From positions 33,544 to 97,543 of IMG/VR virus record IMGVR_UViG_3300037516_001127: 64,000 nucleotides of DNA, one strand, 5' to 3'. This DNA comes from a virus. Positions 1-10,400 of the stretch are shown piece after piece. Position 1 is the first letter of the stretch. Each line of letters opens with the position of its first letter. The notes under the pieces are model-generated. The model was not told where the DNA came from and made no database searches. It saw nothing but the letters and a program-made list of their open reading frames with translations. The position numbers and the translations under genes are program-made.

Positions 1-466
1 TACCAGCAGTCGTCCGACCCGAAACTTCACTAACAGAGAACGTCAGAGAAAAAGTTGCAGGAGCCCCAGAAGAAGCATCACCCTCAGGCTCGGTCACACC
101 AACCAGCAAAGCCAAAGGATACGCCCGCTCAGTACCAAAAACCTTCAAATCACAATTCAGATCATAAATGCTCAGATTGTAATAAACCGAACCAACCATC
201 TGACGAACAAGCTTCAAAGCCTCACCATCACGATTCGGGTCATAATGACGAGTCATTGTCATGTCACCAATTTCAGCCGGAGCACAAAGTGTCTCAGGGA
301 ACTTAGCGCCACCGTCATAGACCTTTTCGACAGATGCGGTAATCTCGCCACCGGACACCTGAGCAAAATAGCCATTAAACTTAGGACCCGTATTTGCAGC
401 CGCCCCAGTTTTAGAAGTTGGTTCAATATCTGCGACAACCTGCCGCTGCGAAATCTTATTTGACAT
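1..466 (-). CDS. Tail tube protein (3' end runs off window; not in ORF track)
   Basis: Manual translation from ATG at 466 (GGAGG RBS): MSNKISQRQVVADIEP...FAQVSGGEITASVEKVYDGG...IGDMTMTRHYDP...EPEGDASSGAPATFSLTFSV; directly follows the sheath gene. Confidence 0.8.
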   Translation of the reverse strand, partial: MSNKISQRQVVADIEPTSKTGAAANTGPKFNGYFAQVSGGEITASVEKVYDGGAKFPETLCAPAEIGDMTMTRHYDPNRDGEALKLVRQMVGSVYYNLSIYDLNCDLKVFGTERAYPLALLVGVTEPEGDASSGAPATFSLTFSVSEVSGRTTAG

Positions 467-477
467 TTTTCCTCCGG

Positions 478-1947
478 TCAGACAACGCTACTAGTCAAAT
501 TGGACTTGATTACATCAATTTCGATGCGATCCCCAACGCTGGACACACGGACACCGACCTTAGCCTTCACGATGCCTTCAGCTAGTTGCGTAATTGGATT
601 AAGCGCATCAGAAACCTCAACCGAATAACCTGCGTCGATTTGACGCCCGTCATCAGCGAAACCTTCATAAAGGCCACCAGCAGAACGGATCGGCTCAAGG
701 ATGTTGATTAGACGTGCCTCAACCCGACCGAACACTGAACGACGCCCATCGATAGTCGAAAACACGAGATCTTCAAGCGACCGATTAGCCTCAGAAGCAA
801 TATAGTTCAAAGTGTCACGAGCTGTGATGTACCGGAAATTATCGGCATCAGTCGAAGCTGAACGGGCACCATAGATCCGTACCGTGTTCTGAATGATGCG
901 GATAGCGTTAATCCCAGCCTCATCAAGACTGTCTCCGAAAGGCTTAGGAGTCGCTACAGAAATACCAGTCACAAAATTGCCGACCGAGATGATACCAGCA
1001 GCAGCCTGCCAAGCCCCATACTCGTTATGGGCCTTAGAACGCTTTGCCGCAACATAACCCTCAGGAGGAATCGTAAGCGTAACCCCACCAGCAGCAGGAA
1101 TTGTGACATACGGGTAATAGAAAGCCGCATTAGCACTATCCGGAAGTTCACGGACAGCAGCAATTGCGTTTTCAGCCTGTAGAACAGTTGTGAAGCTTGG
1201 ATCGAGTCCCAAAAGAGCAATCCGGTTATTAACCGAACCATGCTCCAAGATCGCCTCGTAAACAGTTGCTGAAAACTGTCCAGGGATCGAAACAGCGCCA
1301 GCACCATAAGCGATATCGAACAGCTCAAGCGCATCAATATAATCCGCATCAACAAGAGCATCTTCGATTGGGTCAGCTTCCTCACCACCGTCAAGAGGAA
1401 CTTCTGACACCTCAGCCAAAGTAGCTGAAGCATTCGAAGTGCTCGCAGTCACATAAAGCTTAGCGACCTGAGAAGTATTGATCTTCTCAGTAACCTGAGA
1501 AGCAGCAGTCACAAGATCAGTCGAATAGACAAGAATCCCATCGTCATAAAGACGAACCGTGAACTTGCCTACAGAAGTCAACGAATCTGTAGAAGAAACC
1601 GTCAGGTTATCCGACCATGCGCCAGCATTTGCAGCCGTAAGCGTCAAAGCCGCCACGTCTTCATCGTCAAGCAGGTCAAGAACACCAACGTCTTGAGCGT
1701 TCGAAACACGAACAACATACGCCTGGGCCCCACCCTCCTCAAAGAAAGTCTGAAGCTGCTGGTACAAAGTGAAATTCACATCGTACCCGCCGTAAATCGA
1801 TTTAAACGCTTCAAGCGAACGGACCATGCGGGCCACATCAAGTGGGCCACGCTTTGAAGTTCCGGCGACAAAAAATGTCGACGCAGGAGCGATGTTGGTT
1901 GCAGTGGGAGCACTGCGAACCGCGGTGTTAACGACTACACCCGGCAT
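478..1947 (-). CDS. Contractile tail sheath protein
   Basis: MPGV start, FFVAGTSKRGP, FFEEGG..AYVVRV, AFYYPY, GINAIR..VRIYGARS: sheath-family motifs. Confidence 0.93.
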   Translation of the reverse strand: MPGVVVNTAVRSAPTATNIAPASTFFVAGTSKRGPLDVARMVRSLEAFKSIYGGYDVNFTLYQQLQTFFEEGGAQAYVVRVSNAQDVGVLDLLDDEDVAALTLTAANAGAWSDNLTVSSTDSLTSVGKFTVRLYDDGILVYSTDLVTAASQVTEKINTSQVAKLYVTASTSNASATLAEVSEVPLDGGEEADPIEDALVDADYIDALELFDIAYGAGAVSIPGQFSATVYEAILEHGSVNNRIALLGLDPSFTTVLQAENAIAAVRELPDSANAAFYYPYVTIPAAGGVTLTIPPEGYVAAKRSKAHNEYGAWQAAAGIISVGNFVTGISVATPKPFGDSLDEAGINAIRIIQNTVRIYGARSASTDADNFRYITARDTLNYIASEANRSLEDLVFSTIDGRRSVFGRVEARLINILEPIRSAGGLYEGFADDGRQIDAGYSVEVSDALNPITQLAEGIVKAKVGVRVSSVGDRIEIDVIKSNLTSSVV

Positions 1948-2036
1948 AGACTTTCCTCCAACCTCATAGAATCGGCTACCTTAAGTTGAGGCATAGAGAG
2001 AGTTTACAGAGAGGCAACGATCTACAGTGTAGGTTA

Positions 2037-2645
2037 TTAAAAGTCTGGGTCAGCCGGTGTAGGCAAAGGCAAAGTTTCAATATCAAAAGATTCCAACTCG
2101 GCGATACCACGCCGAGAAACAGTCTCTTGCAAACTCAAATCATAACCAAGATAAGCCCCAGCCATAACCCGCTCACCTTTCAAAGGAGTCAGATCAGACC
2201 ACTCCTCCGTAAGAGAACCCTCTTCCAACAAAACATCCCTATCTTCAGTATCAGCATAAGTTAAACACGGGTAATCCAAAAGAGCGGACCGCACCACCGT
2301 CGTCAAATTATCTCGGGTTTTAGTACAGATCTCAGGACTATCACCACGACACCAAATGTAAGTACGAGTAGAATAAGTGACCTTATAAATAGGGTCACCA
2401 TCCATCTCATAATCAGAACGCAAAAACGTCTTAGTGCTTGTCACGATTGTATGAATTGAAGGCCAGGCGTCAATAGCGACCGGCTCATAATCAAGATATT
2501 TGACAGGCTCAGGGAGCAACTCATCATCAAGATTCCAGGCGTTACGATACAACTGCAATCTGCTAGGCAGATCCGCTTGAAGATAACTCGTAACAAATTC
2601 CTTTGCCACACGAGGGCCTTGCATAGGTGACCATTCAATAGTCAT
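2037..2645 (-). CDS. Putative tail terminator / completion protein
   Basis: 202 aa, lies between neck genes and sheath; positional call. Confidence 0.55.
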   Translation of the reverse strand: MTIEWSPMQGPRVAKEFVTSYLQADLPSRLQLYRNAWNLDDELLPEPVKYLDYEPVAIDAWPSIHTIVTSTKTFLRSDYEMDGDPIYKVTYSTRTYIWCRGDSPEICTKTRDNLTTVVRSALLDYPCLTYADTEDRDVLLEEGSLTEEWSDLTPLKGERVMAGAYLGYDLSLQETVSRRGIAELESFDIETLPLPTPADPDF

Positions 2646-3079
2646 GTATGAAACAGTCCCCCTCTAACAATGTGGCTTGCAGCGGCCTCTCCTACTTGTT
2701 TAGCAAACCCGGCAGGTTCAAAAACAACCTTGCGTTTAGCCATCTTCGTAGTCCCATACTGGTGAAACTTCGCATACTCCACATTAGTTCCAAATGTCGC
2801 AGATTGCGGTCCGATCACATTAGGGGGACCCGACAGTGTCGAAAGCGAAGAAAAAAGTTTTCCTGTTCGACGCATAATCGGCCAGGCGTAACGATCTTTA
2901 CGAGGGCTCCACCCGCCAGAAGGAAGCCCACTCGAAGTAAAATTCTCGGCATTAGATAACGCCAATAACCCTTTAGCGTAACCAAAAACGCCGACATAGC
3001 TTACAGACCTGGCTTTCATCAAAGCCAAATACTCTTCTGGTTTAGCCGCATCGTATTCAACTTTTATCGATAGGTCCAT
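2642..3079 (-). CDS. Phage virion morphogenesis (Mu gpG-like neck) protein
   Basis: RTGKLFSSL...FGTNVEYAKFHQYGTTKMAKR motif. Confidence 0.8.
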   Translation of the reverse strand: MDLSIKVEYDAAKPEEYLALMKARSVSYVGVFGYAKGLLALSNAENFTSSGLPSGGWSPRKDRYAWPIMRRTGKLFSSLSTLSGPPNVIGPQSATFGTNVEYAKFHQYGTTKMAKRKVVFEPAGFAKQVGEAAASHIVRGGLFHT

Positions 3080-3081
3080 TA

Positions 3082-3735
3082 TCAGATCTGCTTCCGACGG
3101 AACCTATCCACAGATTTCAATTCAGCCTCAGTAAACCCAGTACTCATAGGAGACACATCTTTAGGGTTCAAATCCTTAATACCGACAACATCATCATGCA
3201 TATTCTGGGCTTCACGCGAAGCAGCACGAAGAATCAACAATTTGAAAATCTTATTGCTAGGCCCATCCAAACCAGCAACATAAGTTACCGTCACCAGATC
3301 ATTAGACCAAACATTATAAAGATCAATCCCGAAACGTGAATCAATGTAATCAACGCCAGGTATCTGAGCTACCGCAGAGGCACCCAACGATTCGGGAGTC
3401 ACGCTTGCCCCAATGACAGACAGGACTGGGGTATTGCGGAAATAGACTGTTACTGGGGGGCTTAGTAGCTGGGCCGGTGATTGCACTGCAGAAGTTTGCC
3501 CACCATAGGGGCCAGTAGGTCCAAGCCCGTACAGGGTTATAGAACCTAACGGTAAAGGTTCCTCAGTTAGTGACAGCCGGTACGTTTCAGTGAACTCGGT
3601 TATCTCAAGAGGTTTCCCTATAAAAGATTCGAGTTCAGACTGCAAACCTTCAAGGATGTAACCAGCAGCAATTTTTTGCCTATTAGAAAAGGCAACATCC
3701 ATATAGTTTTGGAGGTCTTCGACCTCTACAAGCAT
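3082..3735 (-). CDS. Head-tail adaptor protein
   Basis: MLVEVEDLQNYM start, VTVTYVAG, C-terminal FTEAELKSVDRFRR; position. Confidence 0.75.
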   Translation of the reverse strand: MLVEVEDLQNYMDVAFSNRQKIAAGYILEGLQSELESFIGKPLEITEFTETYRLSLTEEPLPLGSITLYGLGPTGPYGGQTSAVQSPAQLLSPPVTVYFRNTPVLSVIGASVTPESLGASAVAQIPGVDYIDSRFGIDLYNVWSNDLVTVTYVAGLDGPSNKIFKLLILRAASREAQNMHDDVVGIKDLNPKDVSPMSTGFTEAELKSVDRFRRKQI

Positions 3736-3749
3736 GTCAGTCCTAGGTT

Positions 3750-4175
3750 CTAGCGACGACGGCTACGGCGACCGGTACTAACTCCGCCTGCAGCTGCACG
3801 AAGGGCGCGAGCGGCACCACGGCGAAGCCGGTTAACGACACTAGGCCTACGACTTGAAGCCCTGTTTGTGTTAGGGGCAGCAGCAGTGCCTCCAGATGGT
3901 GTGGCTGCTCGCCTTGCAGCTGCAGCCCTAGCCTCACCACGCTGAATCCTGCCAGCACCAGTGTTAGTCACACCAGCGCGAGCCAAACGCTCATCACGGC
4001 GGGCAAGACCCCTGCGACGTGAACGCTCATTCTCAACAAAGTTAAGACGGTCACGAAGACGCCGACGGGGGCGTGTAGGACGAGGATTGCGGCTAACAGT
4101 CAAATTTTCAGTCCGGCTAGGACGCTCAGACAACTCTGTATCCCTTGTATCCACCGGATCAATTTTACAAATCAT
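3750..4175 (-). CDS. Arg-rich basic protein (141 aa)
   Basis: Start re-called at ATG 4175 after GGGAG RBS; RPTRPRRRLRDR...GRRSRRR; in phase with the neck operon. Confidence 0.65.
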   Translation of the reverse strand: MICKIDPVDTRDTELSERPSRTENLTVSRNPRPTRPRRRLRDRLNFVENERSRRRGLARRDERLARAGVTNTGAGRIQRGEARAAAARRAATPSGGTAAAPNTNRASSRRPSVVNRLRRGAARALRAAAGGVSTGRRSRRR

Positions 4176-4282
4176 AAAAACTCCCAAAATTTTATGCGAC
4201 AGCCAATAACACGCCACACATAACCGGACTAAGGCTAAAAGCAAACTTTACTGCCAAAAAGGGTTACCATAGTTGAGGTTCC

Positions 4283-4825
4283 CTACTTATCAGCATTAGG
4301 CGGCCTCTCAATAACCGGAATCACAGAAGTCGCACCAGCCGGAGCCTCAACAGGAATCCACGCCGGAGAATAAGAATAATCCGCAATATTACGCTTTTTA
4401 AACAAAGTGCCATCCATCAAAAGCTCAAACTCATCAGACGACATGCGAAGCAAAACCTTCAACTCGCCATCATCCCACCTACCAGACCTAACGAGCTTTT
4501 GAACCAGACGAGAAATCTGCTTAGCATGAGGAACACCCCTAGAGCGGTTCACACGCAAATGCATAGCCATAGCTTCGATCTCATCAACATCAACAATCTG
4601 CACAGGCACATACTCGCCCAGAACTTTACGAACCTTCTTAGAATCAGCAATTTGCAAACGATAATTGCCATCTATAACAGTCCCATCCGGCATGGCGATA
4701 ATAGGCTGAAGCCACCCATATTCGATTAGCGAATCCGTTAACAAACGGACATCCGGGCGCAAAATGTAATTTGCACGCCACGAAGGCGACTTGAGCGAAC
4801 TTATAGGCATCGAAACAATATTCAT
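4283..4825 (-). CDS. ParB/Srx-like domain protein (IbrB-like)
   Basis: SLIEYGWLQPII, VIDGNYR, RVNRSRG; 4-nt overlap with the PAPS-reductase gene. Confidence 0.8.
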   Translation of the reverse strand: MNIVSMPISSLKSPSWRANYILRPDVRLLTDSLIEYGWLQPIIAMPDGTVIDGNYRLQIADSKKVRKVLGEYVPVQIVDVDEIEAMAMHLRVNRSRGVPHAKQISRLVQKLVRSGRWDDGELKVLLRMSSDEFELLMDGTLFKKRNIADYSYSPAWIPVEAPAGATSVIPVIERPPNADK

Positions 4826-5988
4826 TTTTGATCATCCTGTATATCTAGAGCGTCTAATTCGGCGTCTTGTTGAGCGGCTTGCATCCTTAACGTATGGGCA
4901 CGAGTTTTCGGCCCAACAGGATTAACCGACTGTCCTGAAAAATGATTTAACAAAAGGTTCCGTACCAACCATTCAAGCGGATACGAAACAGGGTCACGAG
5001 CATACTTCTTACGAAACTCAGCAGAATAAGACATAGCCCGACCCCTAATCCCAGGGGTTAGCATATTGTCATCTATGCAAGCTCTGACACCATCCCACCC
5101 GCCAGCAGCATAATCGGCAATCTGAGTTTCGATATCATAATCTTTCCACCACCGCCACTGAGCATCAATCTGCGGGAAACAGTGAACCAGACGATCATAA
5201 AACTCTGGTTCGGTTACAACCACATCGTTAAGTCTACGGATTGCAACAGAATGCAATGGGATACCAACACGAGTGTTAGCTCCGGTAACAGCAGCAACGT
5301 CATAGTACTCACAGTAACTAGCACCATGTTCTTCGACAACAAACTTCAAAACGTCATCGGTTGTCCAATCGTAAATGACTTTAGCGAACCGCAAAGGTAT
5401 CGATTTTTTCATCTTGAATGGGATAACAATATAGTTTTCGTGGAGTTTCTGAACACAGGACCGGTAACGGATCATTGACTCGTTTGCTCGCACACCTGTG
5501 ACAAAAGCAACCCGGCCTTTTTTGCCTTGCATTGTGTAGTAGTCGATTGATTCGGTTAAAGCCTGGTTGGGGTCTAGCCCGAAATCTTCTGCTGTGATAG
5601 CCCCCTTAGGCATGTCGCGGACCAGTCTGCCTTCGGCTTTGCGGGCACCTGACCATAACAGGATGTATTCGCGGCGTCCCAGAGTCCATAGTTCGCTACC
5701 GTAGGGCAGGCAGTACCATTCCATGTTTACCCAGTCGTATGAAGCGACTTCTTCGATGAAACTGATTGTCATCGGGGAAACCATTTCTTCATCCCGAAAA
5801 ATACAATTTACTGGCCCAAGGTTTCGTTCTTCATGTATCTCTTTAGCGAGGTACAAAACGGCGGTTGAGTCTTTACCGCCAGAGAACTGGATGCAAACAG
5901 TGTCGAACGTGTCGTACACATGCCGTAGCCGTTCTCTTGCAGCGTCAACACAAGTTATGTCATCTAAAAACATTCTTTGTCTAGTCAT
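4822..5988 (-). CDS. PAPS-reductase-family PP-loop protein (IbrA/DUF3440-like)
   Basis: FSGGKDS PP-loop, FRDEE, GVRANESMIR, IYDWTTDDV. Confidence 0.85.
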   Translation of the reverse strand: MTRQRMFLDDITCVDAARERLRHVYDTFDTVCIQFSGGKDSTAVLYLAKEIHEERNLGPVNCIFRDEEMVSPMTISFIEEVASYDWVNMEWYCLPYGSELWTLGRREYILLWSGARKAEGRLVRDMPKGAITAEDFGLDPNQALTESIDYYTMQGKKGRVAFVTGVRANESMIRYRSCVQKLHENYIVIPFKMKKSIPLRFAKVIYDWTTDDVLKFVVEEHGASYCEYYDVAAVTGANTRVGIPLHSVAIRRLNDVVVTEPEFYDRLVHCFPQIDAQWRWWKDYDIETQIADYAAGGWDGVRACIDDNMLTPGIRGRAMSYSAEFRKKYARDPVSYPLEWLVRNLLLNHFSGQSVNPVGPKTRAHTLRMQAAQQDAELDALDIQDDQK

Positions 5989-6017
5989 ATTAAACTTTCG
6001 GTAAGAGTATTTTGATC

Positions 6018-6374
6018 TTAAGAAACTGTGGCATCTTCACGCCGTTTTAGTTGCCGTGCAACCTTTTTACAATTGCTATCACAGTACAGGTGGCTTGTAT
6101 TTTCTTGCTTGAAAGGAATTCCACAAGATTTGCAAGGCTTGTACCCTTGGGGTGCTTCTGAGTTCATGCGTTCTTTGGGTCCTAAACCACCAAAGATTCC
6201 AAACCGTTCGTACCTGTTTTGTTCTAAACATTCGAGTTGGACTGTGCAGGTAGCGCAAATCTTTTTCGCTTCAATAACTTTTTGACGTTTTACTGGTTCG
6301 GGATCTTCTAGGTCGAAAAAGAATACGCTAGTATTTATCTCGGCACATTTTGCTGAGGATTGCCAGTTTGACAT
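6018..6374 (-). CDS. whiB: WhiB-family regulator with C-terminal Cys finger
   Basis: WQSSAKC...AKKICATCTVQLECL...GIFGG; extra CKSC..YCDSNC. Confidence 0.85.
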   Translation of the reverse strand: MSNWQSSAKCAEINTSVFFFDLEDPEPVKRQKVIEAKKICATCTVQLECLEQNRYERFGIFGGLGPKERMNSEAPQGYKPCKSCGIPFKQENTSHLYCDSNCKKVARQLKRREDATVS

Positions 6375-6443
6375 AGGTACTCCTAAATACGATAAGTAGC
6401 TTATAGCGTACCGTTGTTAGCGGACATTTGCAAATTTGTGCGG

Positions 6444-8678
6444 TCAGAGCGGTTTCATGTACTTGATTTCAGCTCCTTCGTTTCTGAATGTTTGTTCTGC
6501 GCCAGACCAAAAAAGTAGATCTCCGGCTTCTATCCAGTGGTTATCAAACTGCTCATCTCTTGCTGCTGCTACGAGGCGGGCTAGTTCTTTGGCTTCTGTT
6601 GCAGAACGAAAAACCTCATAAGGCACATCTTCGCTTATAAGCCCAGAAGAGCGATCTCCCTCAATTGCATTTCTCGTTACCACTCTAGTTGCCATTATCG
6701 GCCCTGGTTTATTAGCCATAATCTCATCACGATGGTTTTCCAAAGCCGCCTCAAGGATATCCAAAAATTCTTCCTTTTGATCCTCGTCAAGCCAATCAAA
6801 CCCGTTCCGAGGCCAATGCGTAGCACCCTTCATAGTCGGACCACTATTACCAGTAACTTCAATCATCTCCATGCCCATCCGCCGATAATATTCTTCGTTT
6901 CTAGCGTTAAAAGCCGAACCAATACCTAAACCTTGAGAATCATCATTTATAAATAATCTTTCATGCTGAACTACACCATCTGATCGAAAAAGCCGAGTAC
7001 TAGACCCAACTGGCATACCATCGCTAGATCGCAGCATCATTACAACAGAAACCCCAGACTCATCAAGATACGTTCGGCTCACATCACCCAAATAGGTTTT
7101 ACCATCAGCCGCTACAAATTCCTGAATCATCAACTCATCAAAAAATTCGGTCCAATTACGAATATTACCGGATTCCTCACCAAACCGAATTTTCTCCTCA
7201 TCCCAATTCGCATGGGCCAAAGCGTAATCCTCATACCCATCATCGCTACTTTCAAAATCGCTTAGTCGAGGTTCAGGATTTTCGGAAAGCCAATCATTAA
7301 GATCGCTAGCCGGATCTTGATAAGGCTCAAACTCGGAAGGGGAAACATCTGCTAAAAGGCTTTCTATGTCAGTGCTCATTTCTGGAGGTGCAGCTTCTAT
7401 AATTGCAGCTTTTTGTTCAGCGTTTTTGCGTCGCTCAAGAAAAGCCGCCTCGGCAGCAGCATCAAAAGCTTCTTCATCCAAATCACCAGAAATCAAAGTT
7501 TTTTCGATTAACTCATTTTTCTTAGATTCAAAAACCGCTGTGCGTTTCTTCTCATGATCCCGAACTGCTCTTTCAAGAGCCTTTGCAGCGTTTTGTTCTC
7601 TTTGAGTATTTTGAGCAATGGATAACTGCCTATCCGAATCAGCCGCTAACGCATAATCTTCTTTGGCTTTAGCAGCAGCTGCTTCCCAGGCTTGAATTGC
7701 TTCTTCATAAGCTTTTTCTATTTCAAAATCTGTTAAAGAAATAGGAACACCTATAGCGTCATCAAACTGATCGTTACCTGTCGGAGCTTCAAAAGTCGTG
7801 CGTTCAGGAAAAGGATGAGCATCCAGCCACCAGCTAAGATAACCAGATTGACGCCTAGCTATTTCTTCATCAGTTAAAACAGGAAGTTTTTCAATTAAAA
7901 ACTGTGGATCAGTTTCTTTCGGCAAAGGATTATCTTTATCCCATTCCTCCATATGCGAAATCAAATCTGAAGAAGCAGGAACCTTCGGAGCATCAGGTTT
8001 ATCTTTAACAACTTCAGGGCCTACACTTGTAGGCTCTGGTTTATTTGCCCGCTCCGCCAATCTAGAAGCACGCAACGCCGCCTCTTCTCGCGCCCTAGAT
8101 GCCTGCAAACCTGCATAAAAAGTTCGGGCTTTGGATTCCCACTCTTCCATCGCAGTAAACCGGGTAACCGCATGTTCACGAATCGCCTGCCTATCCGCAG
8201 CAGTCAATCGCCCGCTTGGCATGCTAGAAGTTGGGACAGGGTTTTCTTCATCCCATTTACGTTGAAAAGCGTAACGGGCAGCATCAATATCTTCGTTAGA
8301 CATAACGAGCGGGAATTCATTCTTTGGCTCATCAGGTTTTGCTGTTTCAGCTTTTGGGGCAGGAGCGCTAACACGATTAGCTACGCGTTCATCTACCGAT
8401 GTTGTACTGATTGGCTTTGGCTCTGCGTCACTATCAGGCTTATCAACAGGTTTTGGCTTCTTAGGCTTAGGAACTTTAACCGGATTCTTAGGCCGTTCCT
8501 GATTCGTGCCTTCCTGAAGCAACCCATCGTTATCAGCATCATCGGCATCAGGGTCGAACCGGGCAACACGAATGTTCTTAGGACGCTTAATCTTCCCAAT
8601 ACCTCTTTTGCCAGCATCAGATAGCCTGCCGCCAAAATCTGCTTTAAACTCAAAAGATTCGCCATCCAACTGTTTCAT
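6444..8678 (-). CDS. Putative virion-packaged protein: shared DxDxD-QEGT-ERP motif plus C-terminal GNAT-like domain
   Basis: FDPDADDADNDGLLQEGTNQERP at aa 41-63; HERLFINDDSQGLGIG and GATHWPRNGFDW. Confidence 0.7.
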   Translation of the reverse strand: MKQLDGESFEFKADFGGRLSDAGKRGIGKIKRPKNIRVARFDPDADDADNDGLLQEGTNQERPKNPVKVPKPKKPKPVDKPDSDAEPKPISTTSVDERVANRVSAPAPKAETAKPDEPKNEFPLVMSNEDIDAARYAFQRKWDEENPVPTSSMPSGRLTAADRQAIREHAVTRFTAMEEWESKARTFYAGLQASRAREEAALRASRLAERANKPEPTSVGPEVVKDKPDAPKVPASSDLISHMEEWDKDNPLPKETDPQFLIEKLPVLTDEEIARRQSGYLSWWLDAHPFPERTTFEAPTGNDQFDDAIGVPISLTDFEIEKAYEEAIQAWEAAAAKAKEDYALAADSDRQLSIAQNTQREQNAAKALERAVRDHEKKRTAVFESKKNELIEKTLISGDLDEEAFDAAAEAAFLERRKNAEQKAAIIEAAPPEMSTDIESLLADVSPSEFEPYQDPASDLNDWLSENPEPRLSDFESSDDGYEDYALAHANWDEEKIRFGEESGNIRNWTEFFDELMIQEFVAADGKTYLGDVSRTYLDESGVSVVMMLRSSDGMPVGSSTRLFRSDGVVQHERLFINDDSQGLGIGSAFNARNEEYYRRMGMEMIEVTGNSGPTMKGATHWPRNGFDWLDEDQKEEFLDILEAALENHRDEIMANKPGPIMATRVVTRNAIEGDRSSGLISEDVPYEVFRSATEAKELARLVAAARDEQFDNHWIEAGDLLFWSGAEQTFRNEGAEIKYMKPL

Positions 8679-8684
8679 TTTGAT

Positions 8685-8984
8685 TTACCGACGGGCCCTT
8701 TGCTGCTTGTAATCAGCCAGAATGTCGCGCTCTTTAGGCTTCTGCTTCTTCACATAAAAATAGGCGTCACGCGGTTCACGACCAAAAAAGTTTAGGAAAT
8801 CTGTTCGCCAGTCACGATCCCCCTCCAAATACATCAACATCAAATCATCCTGAGAAACAAAAGAATCTTCCAACGCCCCAGTTAAAGCACGAAAATCGTT
8901 TCGCTCATGCGGACCCATGCTCGCCTTCTTCAAAAGGTCACGAACACGCCTAGCAACAGCATCATCAATATCTTTAGGTTTCAA
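8685..8984 (-). CDS. Hypothetical protein (99 aa)
   Basis: AGGAGG RBS, TTG start, 6 nt before the next gene. Confidence 0.7.
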   Translation of the reverse strand: MKPKDIDDAVARRVRDLLKKASMGPHERNDFRALTGALEDSFVSQDDLMLMYLEGDRDWRTDFLNFFGREPRDAYFYVKKQKPKERDILADYKQQRARR

Positions 8985-9049
8985 AACAGCCTCCTATGCG
9001 ACTATAGTCTAGCTTGGTATCATCATTAATTTTGTAAAACAGGGAACTC

Positions 9050-9811
9050 ATGCCAACTTTTCAAGAAATGACAGAACCACCACCGGAACCAGGACCAGCA
9101 GACTGGAACGACGAAGGTGTTGTTATCAAGAAAAATTTGCTACCTGAAGAAGTACTTACTAACTACGAACAGTTTTGGCTTACCCAACACTCAGAAAACC
9201 CAAAAGGCTGGCCAGACTGCTTACCCTATATGAGACACCAAGAAGTTGCAGACCTTTACTGCAGATCAGAAATTCAAGAAGTTATCACAGAGCTACTAGG
9301 ACAACCAGCAGGACTCCACCTATGCCTCACAGGATGGGTCACCACCACTAGAAACTGGCACCAAGACTCATACCTAAACCCACATTTTGTTGGAGACAAC
9401 TATGTGGCCGTATGGATCGCCCTAGCTGACATACATCCAGACTCCGGGCCGTTCCAATATGTTGCCGGGTCACACAGATGGCCACAAGTTACCTTTTCAA
9501 AGATTTCGGAACATGTCGATACGACAGACCCATTATGGCCAAGCCATTCAGAACAAATACTTACCCCGATTTTTGAAGAAGAAATAGAAGCCAGGAATGC
9601 GGAAATCACAACCTACCTTCCGAAACGTGGTGATGTCTTATTCTGGCATGGCCGTCTCATGCACCGTGGATCTCTTGCTAATACACTAGACATGGAACGA
9701 CGGGCAGCAATAGGCCACTACTCGGGTATAAGCTCCAGACCAGACATGCCTAAGCCAGAAAAATCTGGTGGTGGATGGATCTTCCCTATTGGCGAAAAGC
9801 TTTACAGATAG
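9050..9811 (+). CDS. PhyH-family Fe(II)/2-oxoglutarate dioxygenase
   Basis: WHQD, VAVWIALAD, SGPFQYVAGSH, GDVLFWHGRLMHRG. Confidence 0.9.
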   Translation: MPTFQEMTEPPPEPGPADWNDEGVVIKKNLLPEEVLTNYEQFWLTQHSENPKGWPDCLPYMRHQEVADLYCRSEIQEVITELLGQPAGLHLCLTGWVTTTRNWHQDSYLNPHFVGDNYVAVWIALADIHPDSGPFQYVAGSHRWPQVTFSKISEHVDTTDPLWPSHSEQILTPIFEEEIEARNAEITTYLPKRGDVLFWHGRLMHRGSLANTLDMERRAAIGHYSGISSRPDMPKPEKSGGGWIFPIGEKLYR

Positions 9812-9823
9812 AAGGACTAAACA

Positions 9824-10396
9824 ATGGAATTGTTAAATGTTGGCTGCGGCACACATTATGCTAAAGGGTGGGTAAATACTGACACCTGGGAAACTGATAC
9901 GATTAAGCCTGATGTGCGAGTTGCCCCAGGTGAGCCGTACCCGTTTGAAGATAATACGTTTGACGCTGTTTACCTTGGTCATGTCCTTGAACATATTGCT
10001 TGGCCCCAAGTTGCCGCATTTTTGAAAGACATATCGCGTGTAGCTAAAACTGACGCAAAAATTTTGATAACAGGCCCTGATGTCTACAAAACCATAAAAC
10101 GTTGGTCAGATGGACAAGAACCGTGGTGGCTAGTTGAATCCGTTATGGAACAACAAGGGGTTAATTCAACCCCAGGAACAGTCGAATGGTGGGACGGAGC
10201 TTCACACCACTGGAACTGCCACAATGATCGGGTCCTAAAGCTGTTAGAAACCCTGGGTTTCACAAACATCAAAGACCGCTTTAACGATATCCCCAAAAAC
10301 ACTTCTGGTAAAACCTGGAAAAACGATGGGATTACTTGGCCTGTTGTAGGCTTCTGGCACTGGCAACTTGCTATAAGCTGCAACAACCCAAAGTAA
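9824..10396 (+). CDS. Class I SAM-dependent methyltransferase
   Basis: LNVGCG motif I, PFEDNTFDAVYLGHVLEH. Confidence 0.88.
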   Translation: MELLNVGCGTHYAKGWVNTDTWETDTIKPDVRVAPGEPYPFEDNTFDAVYLGHVLEHIAWPQVAAFLKDISRVAKTDAKILITGPDVYKTIKRWSDGQEPWWLVESVMEQQGVNSTPGTVEWWDGASHHWNCHNDRVLKLLETLGFTNIKDRFNDIPKNTSGKTWKNDGITWPVVGFWHWQLAISCNNPK

Positions 10397-10400
10397 AACC

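Noticed and set aside
1-3735. Extracellular contractile injection system or tailocin
   Set aside because: Capsid, portal, protease and terminase are all present, so this is a phage tail
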